NCBI GenBank assembly: GCA_024644015.1
Contig: JAHELV010000002.1
Coordinates: 57,799-121,798, forward strand
Direction of reading: 5' to 3'
From: Nitriliruptorales bacterium
Lineage (GTDB): Bacteria > Actinomycetota > Nitriliruptoria > Euzebyales > JAHELV01
DNA length: 64,000 bases
Under the pieces are notes generated by a model. That model was not told where the DNA came from. It saw nothing but the letters and a program-made list of their open reading frames with translations, and made no database searches. This document shows, piece by piece, positions 24,335 through 32,877 of the stretch. A program made the position numbers and the translations under genes. Numbering within the stretch: the first letter of the stretch is position 1; each line of letters begins with the position of its first letter.

Positions 24335-25366
24335 ATGACAGTCATGACGACCACTGAGACCCAGACGCGCAGAATCACCACCGCCAAGGCAATGGCCGAG
24401 GGCATCGCGCTCGAGATGCGCCGCGACCCGGACGTCTTCGTCATGGGCGAAGACGTCGGCCCGTACGGCGGGATCTTCGGATCCACGACCGACCTGTTCG
24501 ATGAGTTCGGTGCCGACCGGGTCATCGACACGCCGATCTCCGAGACAGGGTTCATTGGCGCCGGCATCGGCGCCGCCGTCGAAGGACTGCGACCGATCGT
24601 GGAGTTGATGTTCATCGACTTCTACGGCGTGTGCATGGACCAGATCACGAACCACATGGCCAAGATCCACTACGAGTCCGGCGGCAACGTCAACGTGCCG
24701 ATGGTGCTCATGTCCGCGACCGGAGGCGGCTACTCCGACGCTGCGCAACACAGCCAGTGCCTGTGGGGTACGTTCGCGCACCTGCCCGGCATCAAGGTGG
24801 TCGTTCCGTCGAACCCATACGACGCCAAGGGGCTGATGATCTCAGCCATCCGTGACGACAACCCGGTCCTGTACCTGTTCCACAAGGGTGCGCAGGGCCT
24901 GGTGTGGATGGAGAAGAACCCGCGCTCGATCGGCCACGTGCCGGAGGAGTCCTACACCGTTCCGATCGGCGAGGCCGCGGTCGCCCGCGAAGGCACCGAC
25001 GTCACCATCGTGACCCTGTCGCTCTCGGTGCAGCACAGCCTCGATGTCGCCGAACAGCTCTCGGACGAAGGGGTCAGCGTCGAGGTCGTCGACCTGCGAA
25101 GCCTCGTGCCGCTCGACACCGGAACCATCCTCGAATCGGTCGCCAAGACGGGCCGCGTGCTGGTGGTCGACGAGGACTACAAGAGCTTCGGAGTCACCGG
25201 CGAGATCGCGGCGGTCATCGCAGAACACGACCCGACCATGCTGACGAAGCCGTTTCGACGTCTCGCCGTCCCCGACGTGCCGATTCCGTACGCACGTGTG
25301 CTGGAACAGGGCATCCTGCCGACCCGGGACAAGATCGCTGCCGGCGTCAAGGACCTGATGTCGTGA
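24335..25366 (+). CDS. 2-oxoacid dehydrogenase E1 component, beta subunit (AcoB-like)
   Basis: Transketolase-like pyrimidine-binding motifs: VFVMGEDVGPYGGIFGSTTDLFDEFGADRVIDTPISETGFIGAGIGAA. C-terminal domain VEVVDLRSLVPLD. Confidence 0.9.
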   Translation: MTVMTTTETQTRRITTAKAMAEGIALEMRRDPDVFVMGEDVGPYGGIFGSTTDLFDEFGADRVIDTPISETGFIGAGIGAAVEGLRPIVELMFIDFYGVCMDQITNHMAKIHYESGGNVNVPMVLMSATGGGYSDAAQHSQCLWGTFAHLPGIKVVVPSNPYDAKGLMISAIRDDNPVLYLFHKGAQGLVWMEKNPRSIGHVPEESYTVPIGEAAVAREGTDVTIVTLSLSVQHSLDVAEQLSDEGVSVEVVDLRSLVPLDTGTILESVAKTGRVLVVDEDYKSFGVTGEIAAVIAEHDPTMLTKPFRRLAVPDVPIPYARVLEQGILPTRDKIAAGVKDLMS

Positions 25367-25599
25367 CGGCCGAGGTCCTGTTCCCCGTGATCTCCACCGA
25401 CGAGCCAGATGCCGAAGGCGTCGTCGGCACCTGGTTCGTCAACAACGGCGAGACGGTGGCCGCGGGCCAGGTGATCGCCGAGGTGCAGGTCGACAAGATC
25501 TCCCAGGACGTCGAGGCGCCCGTGGCCGGGGTCGTGCACCAGGCCGTTGCTGAAGGTGTCGGGGTGCGTCAGGGCGAACCGTTCGCCAGAATCGACTGA
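25363..25599 (+). CDS. Stand-alone lipoyl/biotinyl-attachment domain protein (78 aa)
   Basis: The GTG overlaps the E1 beta stop (GTGA at 25363-25366). GETVAAGQVIAEVQVDKISQDVEAPVAGVV matches the lipoyl-lysine hairpin (E-x-x-x-DK-x-x-x-x-x-x-P-x-x-G). No E2 catalytic domain follows. Confidence 0.75.
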   Translation: MTAEVLFPVISTDEPDAEGVVGTWFVNNGETVAAGQVIAEVQVDKISQDVEAPVAGVVHQAVAEGVGVRQGEPFARID

Positions 25600-25631
25600 C
25601 TGCGACCCCCACGCAGCCGCCGAGGGGTTTC

Positions 25632-25668
25632 GTCGGGCGACGCGGCCCCCAGGCTTGCGGCGCCCGAC
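25632..25668. terminator. Weak inverted repeat between the convergent lipoyl-domain and AMP nucleosidase genes
   Basis: GTCGGGCG (25632-25639) and CGCCCGAC (25661-25668) form an 8-bp stem, but the loop is large (21 nt) and there is no T-tract. Confidence 0.2.
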
Positions 25669-25680
25669 GGGTGGTGGCGT

Positions 25681-26850
25681 TCACGTCGTCCCGAACAGCG
25701 GCTCGTCGGCGGAGCGGATGTCGTGGGTCGGCAGACCGTGCGGGTATTCGCGGCGCACCCGGTCGAGACAGGCGAGCGCGATGTCGAGATGCTTGCGCTT
25801 GCTGGCCTCGTAGAACGCCGACGCGGCCGTCGACAGCTTGGGCGACGCGTGCAGCGGCTTGTCCGAGACACACAACAGCGTCGCGTTCGGAATGCGGTAG
25901 CGAAACCCGTTCGCCGCGATCGTGGCCGACTCCATGTCGATCCCGACGCACCGCGCCGAACGGATCGCCGCCATCGTCGTGCCCTGGTTGAACTCCCAGT
26001 TGCGGTTGTCGGTGGTGTGCACGACGCCGAGCCGGTGGGGCGCATTCCGGGCCTCGAGGGCGTCGAGCAGGAACGTGTTGAGCCAGTGGTTGGGGATCAC
26101 TGGAATATTGGTGGGCAGGACGTCGTCGAGGACGCGGTCAGCGCGCAGATACGACGTGGCCAGCACGTAGTCGCCGATCTCCTGATGGTTGCGCAGCCCA
26201 CCGCAGTGACCGATCATCAGCATCGTGTCGGGCCGCAGCACCGCGACGTGGTCGCTGATGGTCTTCGCGTTCGACGGGCCGACACCGATGTTGATCAGGC
26301 TCACCCCGTCGCCGTCGCCGGTGCGAAGATGCCAGGCCGGCATCTGCACGCCATCGCGGGTTGGTCCCTCGGCGTCCGCAAAGCGCTCCCGAAACGCGTC
26401 GACGTGCATGGAGTAGTTGGTCAGCAGCACATGCCGCTGAAACTTCTCCGCCGGCGTGCCGCAGTAGTGCGACAACCGGTCGATCGACAACGCCATGCGC
26501 TCGGGACCGAACAGGAACAGTTTCTTCGCTCGCAGGTCGAAGCGATCCTCGTCGAGCGCACCGAACAGGTCCGGGTCGTCGAAGGCGAGTGCGGGGCGCG
26601 ACGGCCGCGCGGTCACGACCGCACCCCGGTTCAGCAGTGCGGTGAGCTCGCGCTGCAGATAGCGGTGGATGGCGGCCGGCCGGGCGAACTCGCCCGTGAT
26701 GCACGGGTTGTGCTCGGACCAGGGTCGTACGATCTCGAGCCTCGAATACCAGCCGTCGCTGTCGATCGCGTCGAGTGCGTCGAGCAGACGTACGACGGCG
26801 GCATCGATCTGGTCCGGTGCGAGCCCGTCCGGATCAACCACCTCGTCCAC
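25681..26850 (-). CDS. amn: AMP nucleosidase
   Basis: The 3' part of the 840-aa track ORF matches E. coli Amn, as recalled, almost motif for motif: INIGVGPSNAKTISDHVAVLRPDTMLMIGHCGGLRNHQEIGDYVLA...DNRNWE...VGIDMESATIAANGFRYRIPNATLLCVSDKPLH. The start is placed at GTG 26850 (alternative GTG 26841). Further upstream the ORF is antisense to the CBS gene. Confidence 0.8.
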   Translation of the reverse strand: MDEVVDPDGLAPDQIDAAVVRLLDALDAIDSDGWYSRLEIVRPWSEHNPCITGEFARPAAIHRYLQRELTALLNRGAVVTARPSRPALAFDDPDLFGALDEDRFDLRAKKLFLFGPERMALSIDRLSHYCGTPAEKFQRHVLLTNYSMHVDAFRERFADAEGPTRDGVQMPAWHLRTGDGDGVSLINIGVGPSNAKTISDHVAVLRPDTMLMIGHCGGLRNHQEIGDYVLATSYLRADRVLDDVLPTNIPVIPNHWLNTFLLDALEARNAPHRLGVVHTTDNRNWEFNQGTTMAAIRSARCVGIDMESATIAANGFRYRIPNATLLCVSDKPLHASPKLSTAASAFYEASKRKHLDIALACLDRVRREYPHGLPTHDIRSADEPLFGTT

Positions 26851-27006
26851 GGCGGTGATGATAGCGGACCGCTGGGATTGAGACTGTCGTCGGTGGGGAC
26901 GGTTGGGTCTCCGCTTCCCTGACCCCGGAGCGTCGCAAGGGCCGCAAGCCGCTGTGAGCCACGCGCCGCAGCGGGCCGCAAACCGATACCCACACAGGGG
27001 GTACAC

Positions 27007-28134
27007 ATGGCAGTACACAACACCGTCGCCCGGAGCCTGCACGACGCCGGCCTGGCCGGTTGGTTCGGCGGATCGCTGATGGGCGCCATCGGACTCAACG
27101 GGGCCAGCGACGAGGTCGCCGATCCGCGCGAACGCGCCGCGGTCGCCAACGCCGGCTGGGCGCGATGGACTCCGGTCAACGCGGCAGCTATCGTCGCCCA
27201 CCTGCTCGGTGGCGCGCAGATCGTCCGTGGCAACAAAGATCGGCTGCTCGTGCAGCCGCAGGCTCGTCGGGTCGGTGTCGCCAAGGCGGCGTTGACGTTG
27301 ACGGCGCTCGGCGCGACCGCATACAGCCGCTGGCTGGGCCAGCAGCTGATGGACGCCGGCGACGCGCAGACCGGCGTTGTCGACCGCACCGACGAGGTCC
27401 CGGTGGACGACGCCGTCACACCGCTGCCGTCGACGCCCGATCGGGCGGCGGGGGCTCAGCGTCAACTCAATGCACTGCAGTGGGTCGTCCCCGCGTCGAC
27501 GGGCGTGCTGCTGGTGCTCAACGCGAAGGCAGGTGAGCAGCAGCGGCCGATGTCGATTCTGCGTGACCGGATGCGTGCAGGCGTCCCACTGGCCGGGCGT
27601 GCGGCGCCGTCGGCGCTGACAAACCTGCCGTGGAAGGCGGTCGCGGGTGGTGTCGTCAGCGCGTTCGCGCTCCGGCGACTGGCGCGGCGTCGGGGCCGGC
27701 GCACCCTCACCGGCGGCCACGCGACCGCGCGCGACATCATGACTGGAGACGTCACGGTGGTCGCCCCACACGATTCGCTCCGCGTGGCGGCGCAGCGCAT
27801 GATCGACCGCAACGTCGGGGCGCTGCCCGTCACCAGCAACGGTCGCCTGGAGGGCATCGTGACGGACCGCGACATCGTCGCGCGCGCCGTCGCCGAAGGT
27901 GCTGACCTGTCGAACACCACGGTCCGTGAAGTCGCGTCGACGTCGGTGCAGTCCGTCGCCGCTGACGACCCGGTCCGCGACGTCGTACGTACGATGGCAT
28001 CCGAGCGAGTGCGACGCGTGCCGGTGACGGACAACGGCACGCTGGTCGGCATGATCAGCCAGGCCGACGTGGCCGCCACCGGCGACGACGCGGTCACCGG
28101 CGAACTCGTCGAGATCATCTCGACCACGACGTGA
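27007..28134 (+). CDS. Membrane protein with a C-terminal CBS-domain pair
   Basis: The N-terminal ~230 aa have several hydrophobic segments (GWFGGSLMGAIGL, NAAAIVAHLLGGAQIV, LQWVVPASTGVLLVLNA). The C-terminus has two CBS motifs (ARDIMTGDVTVVAPHDSLRVAAQRMIDRNVGALPV...GIVTDRDIV; VREVASTSVQSVAADDPVRDVVRTMASERVRRVPV...GMISQADV). Confidence 0.75.
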   Translation: MAVHNTVARSLHDAGLAGWFGGSLMGAIGLNGASDEVADPRERAAVANAGWARWTPVNAAAIVAHLLGGAQIVRGNKDRLLVQPQARRVGVAKAALTLTALGATAYSRWLGQQLMDAGDAQTGVVDRTDEVPVDDAVTPLPSTPDRAAGAQRQLNALQWVVPASTGVLLVLNAKAGEQQRPMSILRDRMRAGVPLAGRAAPSALTNLPWKAVAGGVVSAFALRRLARRRGRRTLTGGHATARDIMTGDVTVVAPHDSLRVAAQRMIDRNVGALPVTSNGRLEGIVTDRDIVARAVAEGADLSNTTVREVASTSVQSVAADDPVRDVVRTMASERVRRVPVTDNGTLVGMISQADVAATGDDAVTGELVEIISTTT

Positions 28135-28199
28135 CGGCGACCGGCCGCCGGGGCGGACCCCCGGCGGCCGGTCGGCTCCCGTGCAGACACGCCAGCGCA

Positions 28200-29978
28200 T
28201 CACCAGGCCAACAGCAGGACTCCGCTGGAAACGACGGCGAGCGACAGCACCGTCAATGGGATGCCGAGTCGGGCGTAGTCCCAGAAGCGGTAGCCGCCGA
28301 GTCCGTAGACCATCGTGTTGGTCTGGTAGCCGATCGGCGTCAGGAACGACGCGGACGATGCGATCGCCACGCCCGCTGCGAACACGATCGGGTCGCCATC
28401 GAGTTGGGCCGCGATGTTCAGCGCGACCGGCAGCATCAGCGCCGCCGCGGCGGCGTTGCTGAGTGGCTCGGTGAGCAGCATGGTGGCGATCACGACTGCG
28501 ATCACACCGCCGGAACGGCCGCCCAGCAGTGCAGCCGCGGACGTGAGGTCGGCCACCTGCTCGGCCAGCCCAGACCGGTCCATGGCGGCACCCAGTGCGA
28601 ACGATCCGGCCACGACGAGCAGGACGTCGAGATCGACGGCGTCGCGGGCCTCCGTGACCGAGACGGTCCGGGTCAACACCAGCAACAGCACCGCGGTCAG
28701 TGACGCCTCGAGGATGGGTACGACACCGGCGGCAGCGGCGGCGACCATCACGCCGACGACGACGGCGGCGATGCGGCTGCGACGCGTATCGGTCGGCGCA
28801 GCTGCGGCGCCGAGCGGTGCGAGCACGGCGAAGTCGTCGCGCTCGGCCCAGCGCCCGGCGAACTCGGTGTCGCTGAGGACGAGCAGCGCGTCACCTGGGC
28901 GCAGCGGCACCGTGCCCAGCTTGCCCTCGACCGGACGGCCGTCGCGGTGGATCGCGAGGACCGCTGCAGCGTAGCGGCCGCGAAATCCGACGTCTGCCAG
29001 AGTACGCCCCACCAAGGGTGACTCGGCCCCGACGACCGCCTCCACGAGCTGGCCGGCTCCTGGCGCGAAGTCGGGTAGGTGTCGTCGCTCGATCGCGTCG
29101 AGCCCTGGGTGGTCGAGCAGGGCCGCCAGCTGCGTACCTTCGCCGACGAACGTCACGACGTCCTCGCCGCGCAGCACATCTCGGCCGGTCGCGACCTGCA
29201 CGCTGTGGCCGCGCTCGACGGCGGCGAGGAAGCCAGCAGGCAGTCGGCGCAGGCCCGCGTCCGCCACTCGGGCCCCGTCGAGCTCGCCGCCGGCGCGGAC
29301 GACGAAACTCGCCGAGTACTGGCGTGGGAGCTGGACGAGGCCCGACCCCGGTGGTGCACGGTCGGGCAACAACCGCGGCGCGGTGGCAATCAGCAACATG
29401 ATGCCGGTGACGGCGAGTGGGAGTCCGATCGGGGTCATCGTGAACAGCCCGAACGGCGGAAGCCCGCGTTGCTCGAGCAGCCCGGAGACGACCAGGTTCG
29501 TCGACGTGCCGATCGTGGTGACGACTCCGCCGAGGATCGTGGCGTACGACAGCGGCATGAGGTACCGCGAGGGTGGCAGACCCCGGCGCGACGCCCGGGT
29601 GAACACGGCCGGGGCCGTCGCTGCGACGATCGGGGTGTTGTTCAAGAACGCTGACGCGGCCGCAACCGGTGCGAGCAGCCGCAGCAGCGTTCCGGGTTTG
29701 CGCTCATCGGTGGACAACATCCGAGCGACAGCCGTGTCCAGAAGGCCCGTGCGTTGGACGACGTACGCGACGATGTAGAGCGCAGCAATCGTGGCGACCG
29801 CAGCATTCGAGAACCCCGCGAACGCCTCCTCGGGCGTGATCACCTGGGTGAGCAGCAGGACGATCGCGGCGCCCATGATCCCACCAGAGGGCGAGACCTT
29901 ACCCAGCACGAGCAAGATCAACAGGCCGAGCAGCACCGTCAGGGTGATGCCAGCGTCGAGGCTCGTAGAGACCTCCAT
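28200..29978 (-). CDS. SLC13/DASS-type (CitMHS/YbiR-like) anion permease with two internal TrkA-C regulatory domains
   Basis: The hydrophobic N- and C-terminal halves are separated by two TrkA-C-like repeats (VVRAGGELDGARVADAGLRRLPAGFLAAVERG...; VVGAESPLVGRTLADVGFRGRYAAAVLAIHRDG...GDALLVLSD). Confidence 0.8.
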   Translation of the reverse strand: MEVSTSLDAGITLTVLLGLLILLVLGKVSPSGGIMGAAIVLLLTQVITPEEAFAGFSNAAVATIAALYIVAYVVQRTGLLDTAVARMLSTDERKPGTLLRLLAPVAAASAFLNNTPIVAATAPAVFTRASRRGLPPSRYLMPLSYATILGGVVTTIGTSTNLVVSGLLEQRGLPPFGLFTMTPIGLPLAVTGIMLLIATAPRLLPDRAPPGSGLVQLPRQYSASFVVRAGGELDGARVADAGLRRLPAGFLAAVERGHSVQVATGRDVLRGEDVVTFVGEGTQLAALLDHPGLDAIERRHLPDFAPGAGQLVEAVVGAESPLVGRTLADVGFRGRYAAAVLAIHRDGRPVEGKLGTVPLRPGDALLVLSDTEFAGRWAERDDFAVLAPLGAAAAPTDTRRSRIAAVVVGVMVAAAAAGVVPILEASLTAVLLLVLTRTVSVTEARDAVDLDVLLVVAGSFALGAAMDRSGLAEQVADLTSAAALLGGRSGGVIAVVIATMLLTEPLSNAAAAALMLPVALNIAAQLDGDPIVFAAGVAIASSASFLTPIGYQTNTMVYGLGGYRFWDYARLGIPLTVLSLAVVSSGVLLLAW

Positions 29979-30151
29979 GTCGACGTGTGGATCGGCACAA
30001 CATAGCGTCGTCGAACGTACGGCTGACGACGGCGCACCATTCCTTGGCGGGCGATCGCACCCGACCGCAGCAAGGCGTGCGTTGCGTTCCGCATGACAGG
30101 TCGGCCCGGGGGTACATCGGCGGTCTTCGAACGAGGGCAGGACGAAACACC

Positions 30152-31198
30152 ATGGAGCGACCGTTGCGCGTCGGGATCCTTGCGCCCATTGCCTGGCGTG
30201 TCCCGCCGCGCGGGTACGGTCCGTGGGAGCGGTTCGTCGGGTTGCTGAGCGACGGCCTGGTCAAGGCCGGCCTCGATGTCACGCTGTTCGCGACCGCCGA
30301 CTCCCGGACGGCTGCGGAACTGGTCGGCACGGCACCGCATGGATGGTCCGAAGGTGGGTCGTTGGACCCCAAGGTCGAGGAGTGCCTGCACATCGCGAGC
30401 GCGATGGAACGCGCCGGCCAGTTCGACGTGCTCCACAACAGCTTCGACTTCCTCCCGCTGACCTACGCCGGGCTGGTCGAGACGCCGATGCTCACCACGA
30501 TCCATGGGTTCTCGTCCGAGGCCATCGTTCCGGTCTACGAGCGCTACGACGACCGCACCTGGTACGTGGCCATAAGCACGGCCGATCGACATCCCCGTCT
30601 GCACTACGCCGGGACCATCCCGCACGGCATCGACGTCGCGCGCGGGCGTGCCCGGACCACGCCGGGCGATCACCTGCTGTTCTTCGGCCGCATCCATCCC
30701 GAAAAGGGCACGGCACAGGCGATCGAGGTCGCTCGCGCCGCCGGGCTGCCGCTGCACATCGCGGGCATCGTCCAGGATCCCGACTACTTCGCGCGACACG
30801 TCGAACCGCACGTCGACGGCACGTCCGTGGTGTGGCTCGGCGCGGTCGACGCAGAACACCGTGGCGAGACGCTCGCCGGCGCCCGGGCCCTGCTGCACCT
30901 CATCGACTTCGAGGAGCCGTTCGGCCTGTCGGTCGCCGAGGCGATGGCGTGCGGCACACCGGTGATCGCGTACCGTCGCGGGTCGATGCCCGAGCTCGTC
31001 GACGACTGCTCGACCGGATTCCTGGTCGACGGGATCGACGAGGCGGTCGCCGCGGTCGCGGCCGTGGCCGACCTCGACCGTGCCAAGATCCGCCGGGTCG
31101 CAGCCGAGCGCTTCGACGTTCAGGTCATGGTCGACCGCTACATCGACGTGTATCACCGCATCGTCACCGGCGAGATCGCGCCGCTCGACGATCGTTAG
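30152..31198 (+). CDS. GT4-family glycosyltransferase
   Basis: I trimmed the track ORF to ATG 30152 (MERPLRVGILAPIAWRVPPRGYGPWERFV). The C-terminal GT-B motif EPFGLSVAEAMACGTPVIAYRRGSMPELV (E-x7-E type) is present. Confidence 0.85.
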   Translation: MERPLRVGILAPIAWRVPPRGYGPWERFVGLLSDGLVKAGLDVTLFATADSRTAAELVGTAPHGWSEGGSLDPKVEECLHIASAMERAGQFDVLHNSFDFLPLTYAGLVETPMLTTIHGFSSEAIVPVYERYDDRTWYVAISTADRHPRLHYAGTIPHGIDVARGRARTTPGDHLLFFGRIHPEKGTAQAIEVARAAGLPLHIAGIVQDPDYFARHVEPHVDGTSVVWLGAVDAEHRGETLAGARALLHLIDFEEPFGLSVAEAMACGTPVIAYRRGSMPELVDDCSTGFLVDGIDEAVAAVAAVADLDRAKIRRVAAERFDVQVMVDRYIDVYHRIVTGEIAPLDDR

Positions 31199-32709
31199 CC
31201 GGGCCGGGTGCTGCCGCCGTTGAGCCGTGCGCGCCCGCTCCTGACGAGGCGGTCGAGCAACTCGGCCAGCGGGAACGTCGCTATGGCCGAGCCGGTGTCG
31301 GAAAAGCCATAGGGCACCACCAGGTTGTCGGCGTGGACCAGACCGCCGCACGAGTAGACGACATTGGGCACATAGCCGTCCCGTTCGTCGCCCGCCGGCT
31401 CGAGCAGGGCGTGGGGGAGGTATCCCAGCGGGCGGACAGGATCGTGCAGATCGAGCAGCAGCGCGCCGATGGCGTAGCGGCGCATCGGCCCGACACCGTG
31501 GGTGAGCACCAGCCAACCGGCGTCGGTCTCGATCGGCGACCCGTTGTTGCCGAGTTGGATCAGGTCCCACGTGACGGTGCCCGGACGCCAGACGACCGCG
31601 GGCTCGGCTTCCCAGTCGCGCGGATGGTCCGACGTTGCGAAGGCGATGCTCTCGCGGTCGGGGCGCGTCAGGGCCGCGTAGCGACCGTCGATGCGACGCG
31701 GGAACAACGCCATCCCCTTCGTCTGATCTTCGACGCCGTGCAGGGTCAGGATGCGAAACGAGCGAAAGTCGGGAGTCTCGATCAGCTGCGGGCGCACGGT
31801 GAAGCCGTCATACGCCGTGTAGGTCGCGTAGTAGCGCACGCCGTCGTCGTCGACGAAGCGGACGAACCGCGCGTCCTCCATGCCCCGGCTCTCGCTCGGG
31901 CCCGCCGGGAACAGCACGCGGTCGCCGACCTGGGAGTCGTCCGGGAACGACGCGATGTAGTTGGTGGACGCCAGCCAGTGCGACAGCCGTAGCATGTCGT
32001 GCGTCGCCTTGTCGACCGACTGGTCGGCGGTGAACGCGTGCAGCCAGCTCTCGAGCTCCTCCATCGAGAAGCGAGGGGGGAGGTGGCGCAGCAGCGCGGC
32101 GACGATGTCGGCGTCTGCTCCGGCGGTGACCAGCTGCCGGCTGAACATCGCGGCGTCGTACGCCGGCGCGCTGCGCTGCGCTCCGACGACGTAGCCGCTG
32201 AGCGGATCGACCTGCGCGCCGCCGGCGGCGTCGAGCACGCCGCTGCGGAACACGATCGACGACAGGTGCCCCTCACCGATGGCGCGCGCAGACATGATGA
32301 ACGGCAGGTCGCCGTCCGACGTCGTCGCCGGGTCGGGCGCGGCGACCATCGACGGGTTCGTGAGCGCGGCGGCTTCGATCGCGTACTCCTGCGTGAAGTA
32401 GGCGCCGAGCAGGCGCACGCGCTCGTCGGAGAGGTCCACCAGGCCGTCGTGTGAGCTTTGGACCATCGCTGCATGGCGTCTGAGCAGCGCATCGAGGTCG
32501 TGGTGCCGTCCGGCGAAGGTGTCTTTGACCTGACCGAGGACAGTACCGACTTCGGCGTCGGGTATGGCGAGCACGCGATCGATGACGGCCGTGACCCGTG
32601 AGGTCGTCGAGATGCCACCCCACTCCCCGGGAACGAAAGGGCGGGCGAGCACCCGACGGGGATCCGGACGCAAGACGGTGGACAGCCGGTGCGCGCGAAC
32701 CCCGGTCAT
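31195..32709 (-). CDS. GH130-like glycoside phosphorylase/hydrolase (beta-mannoside phosphorylase fold) with a ~190-aa N-terminal extension
   Basis: C-terminal five-bladed-propeller pattern: GMEDARFVRFVDDDGVRYYATYTAYDG...KGMALFPRRIDGRYAALTRP...WDLIQLGNNGSPIETDAGWLVLTHGVG...YAIGALLLDLHDP...VPNVVYSCG...VVPYGFSD. Its stop overlaps the convergent GT4 stop. Confidence 0.7.
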   Translation of the reverse strand: MTGVRAHRLSTVLRPDPRRVLARPFVPGEWGGISTTSRVTAVIDRVLAIPDAEVGTVLGQVKDTFAGRHHDLDALLRRHAAMVQSSHDGLVDLSDERVRLLGAYFTQEYAIEAAALTNPSMVAAPDPATTSDGDLPFIMSARAIGEGHLSSIVFRSGVLDAAGGAQVDPLSGYVVGAQRSAPAYDAAMFSRQLVTAGADADIVAALLRHLPPRFSMEELESWLHAFTADQSVDKATHDMLRLSHWLASTNYIASFPDDSQVGDRVLFPAGPSESRGMEDARFVRFVDDDGVRYYATYTAYDGFTVRPQLIETPDFRSFRILTLHGVEDQTKGMALFPRRIDGRYAALTRPDRESIAFATSDHPRDWEAEPAVVWRPGTVTWDLIQLGNNGSPIETDAGWLVLTHGVGPMRRYAIGALLLDLHDPVRPLGYLPHALLEPAGDERDGYVPNVVYSCGGLVHADNLVVPYGFSDTGSAIATFPLAELLDRLVRSGRARLNGGSTRPG

Positions 32710-32877
32710 GGACCGGGCCCCCGAGATCGGCCGGCCCTGCTCATGGCGTCTGACCTGATGCGTTCGCCACCAGAGGTCATCGCACGTCGTTCGTCGGTCG
32801 CAGAATCAAGGATTGTACGCGACGCGCGGAGGGAAGCGTTGCGGCGCTCACTTCTCTCCCAGTCGAGGACACCCCAC

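Noticed and set aside
25681-28203. An 840-aa minus-strand ORF that could be read as a giant AMP-nucleosidase fusion.
   Set aside because: Only the 3' ~390 codons match Amn. The upstream part is Arg/Pro-rich and antisense to the well-supported CBS-domain gene at 27007-28134. I treated it as a chimeric ORF and trimmed it to 25681-26850.
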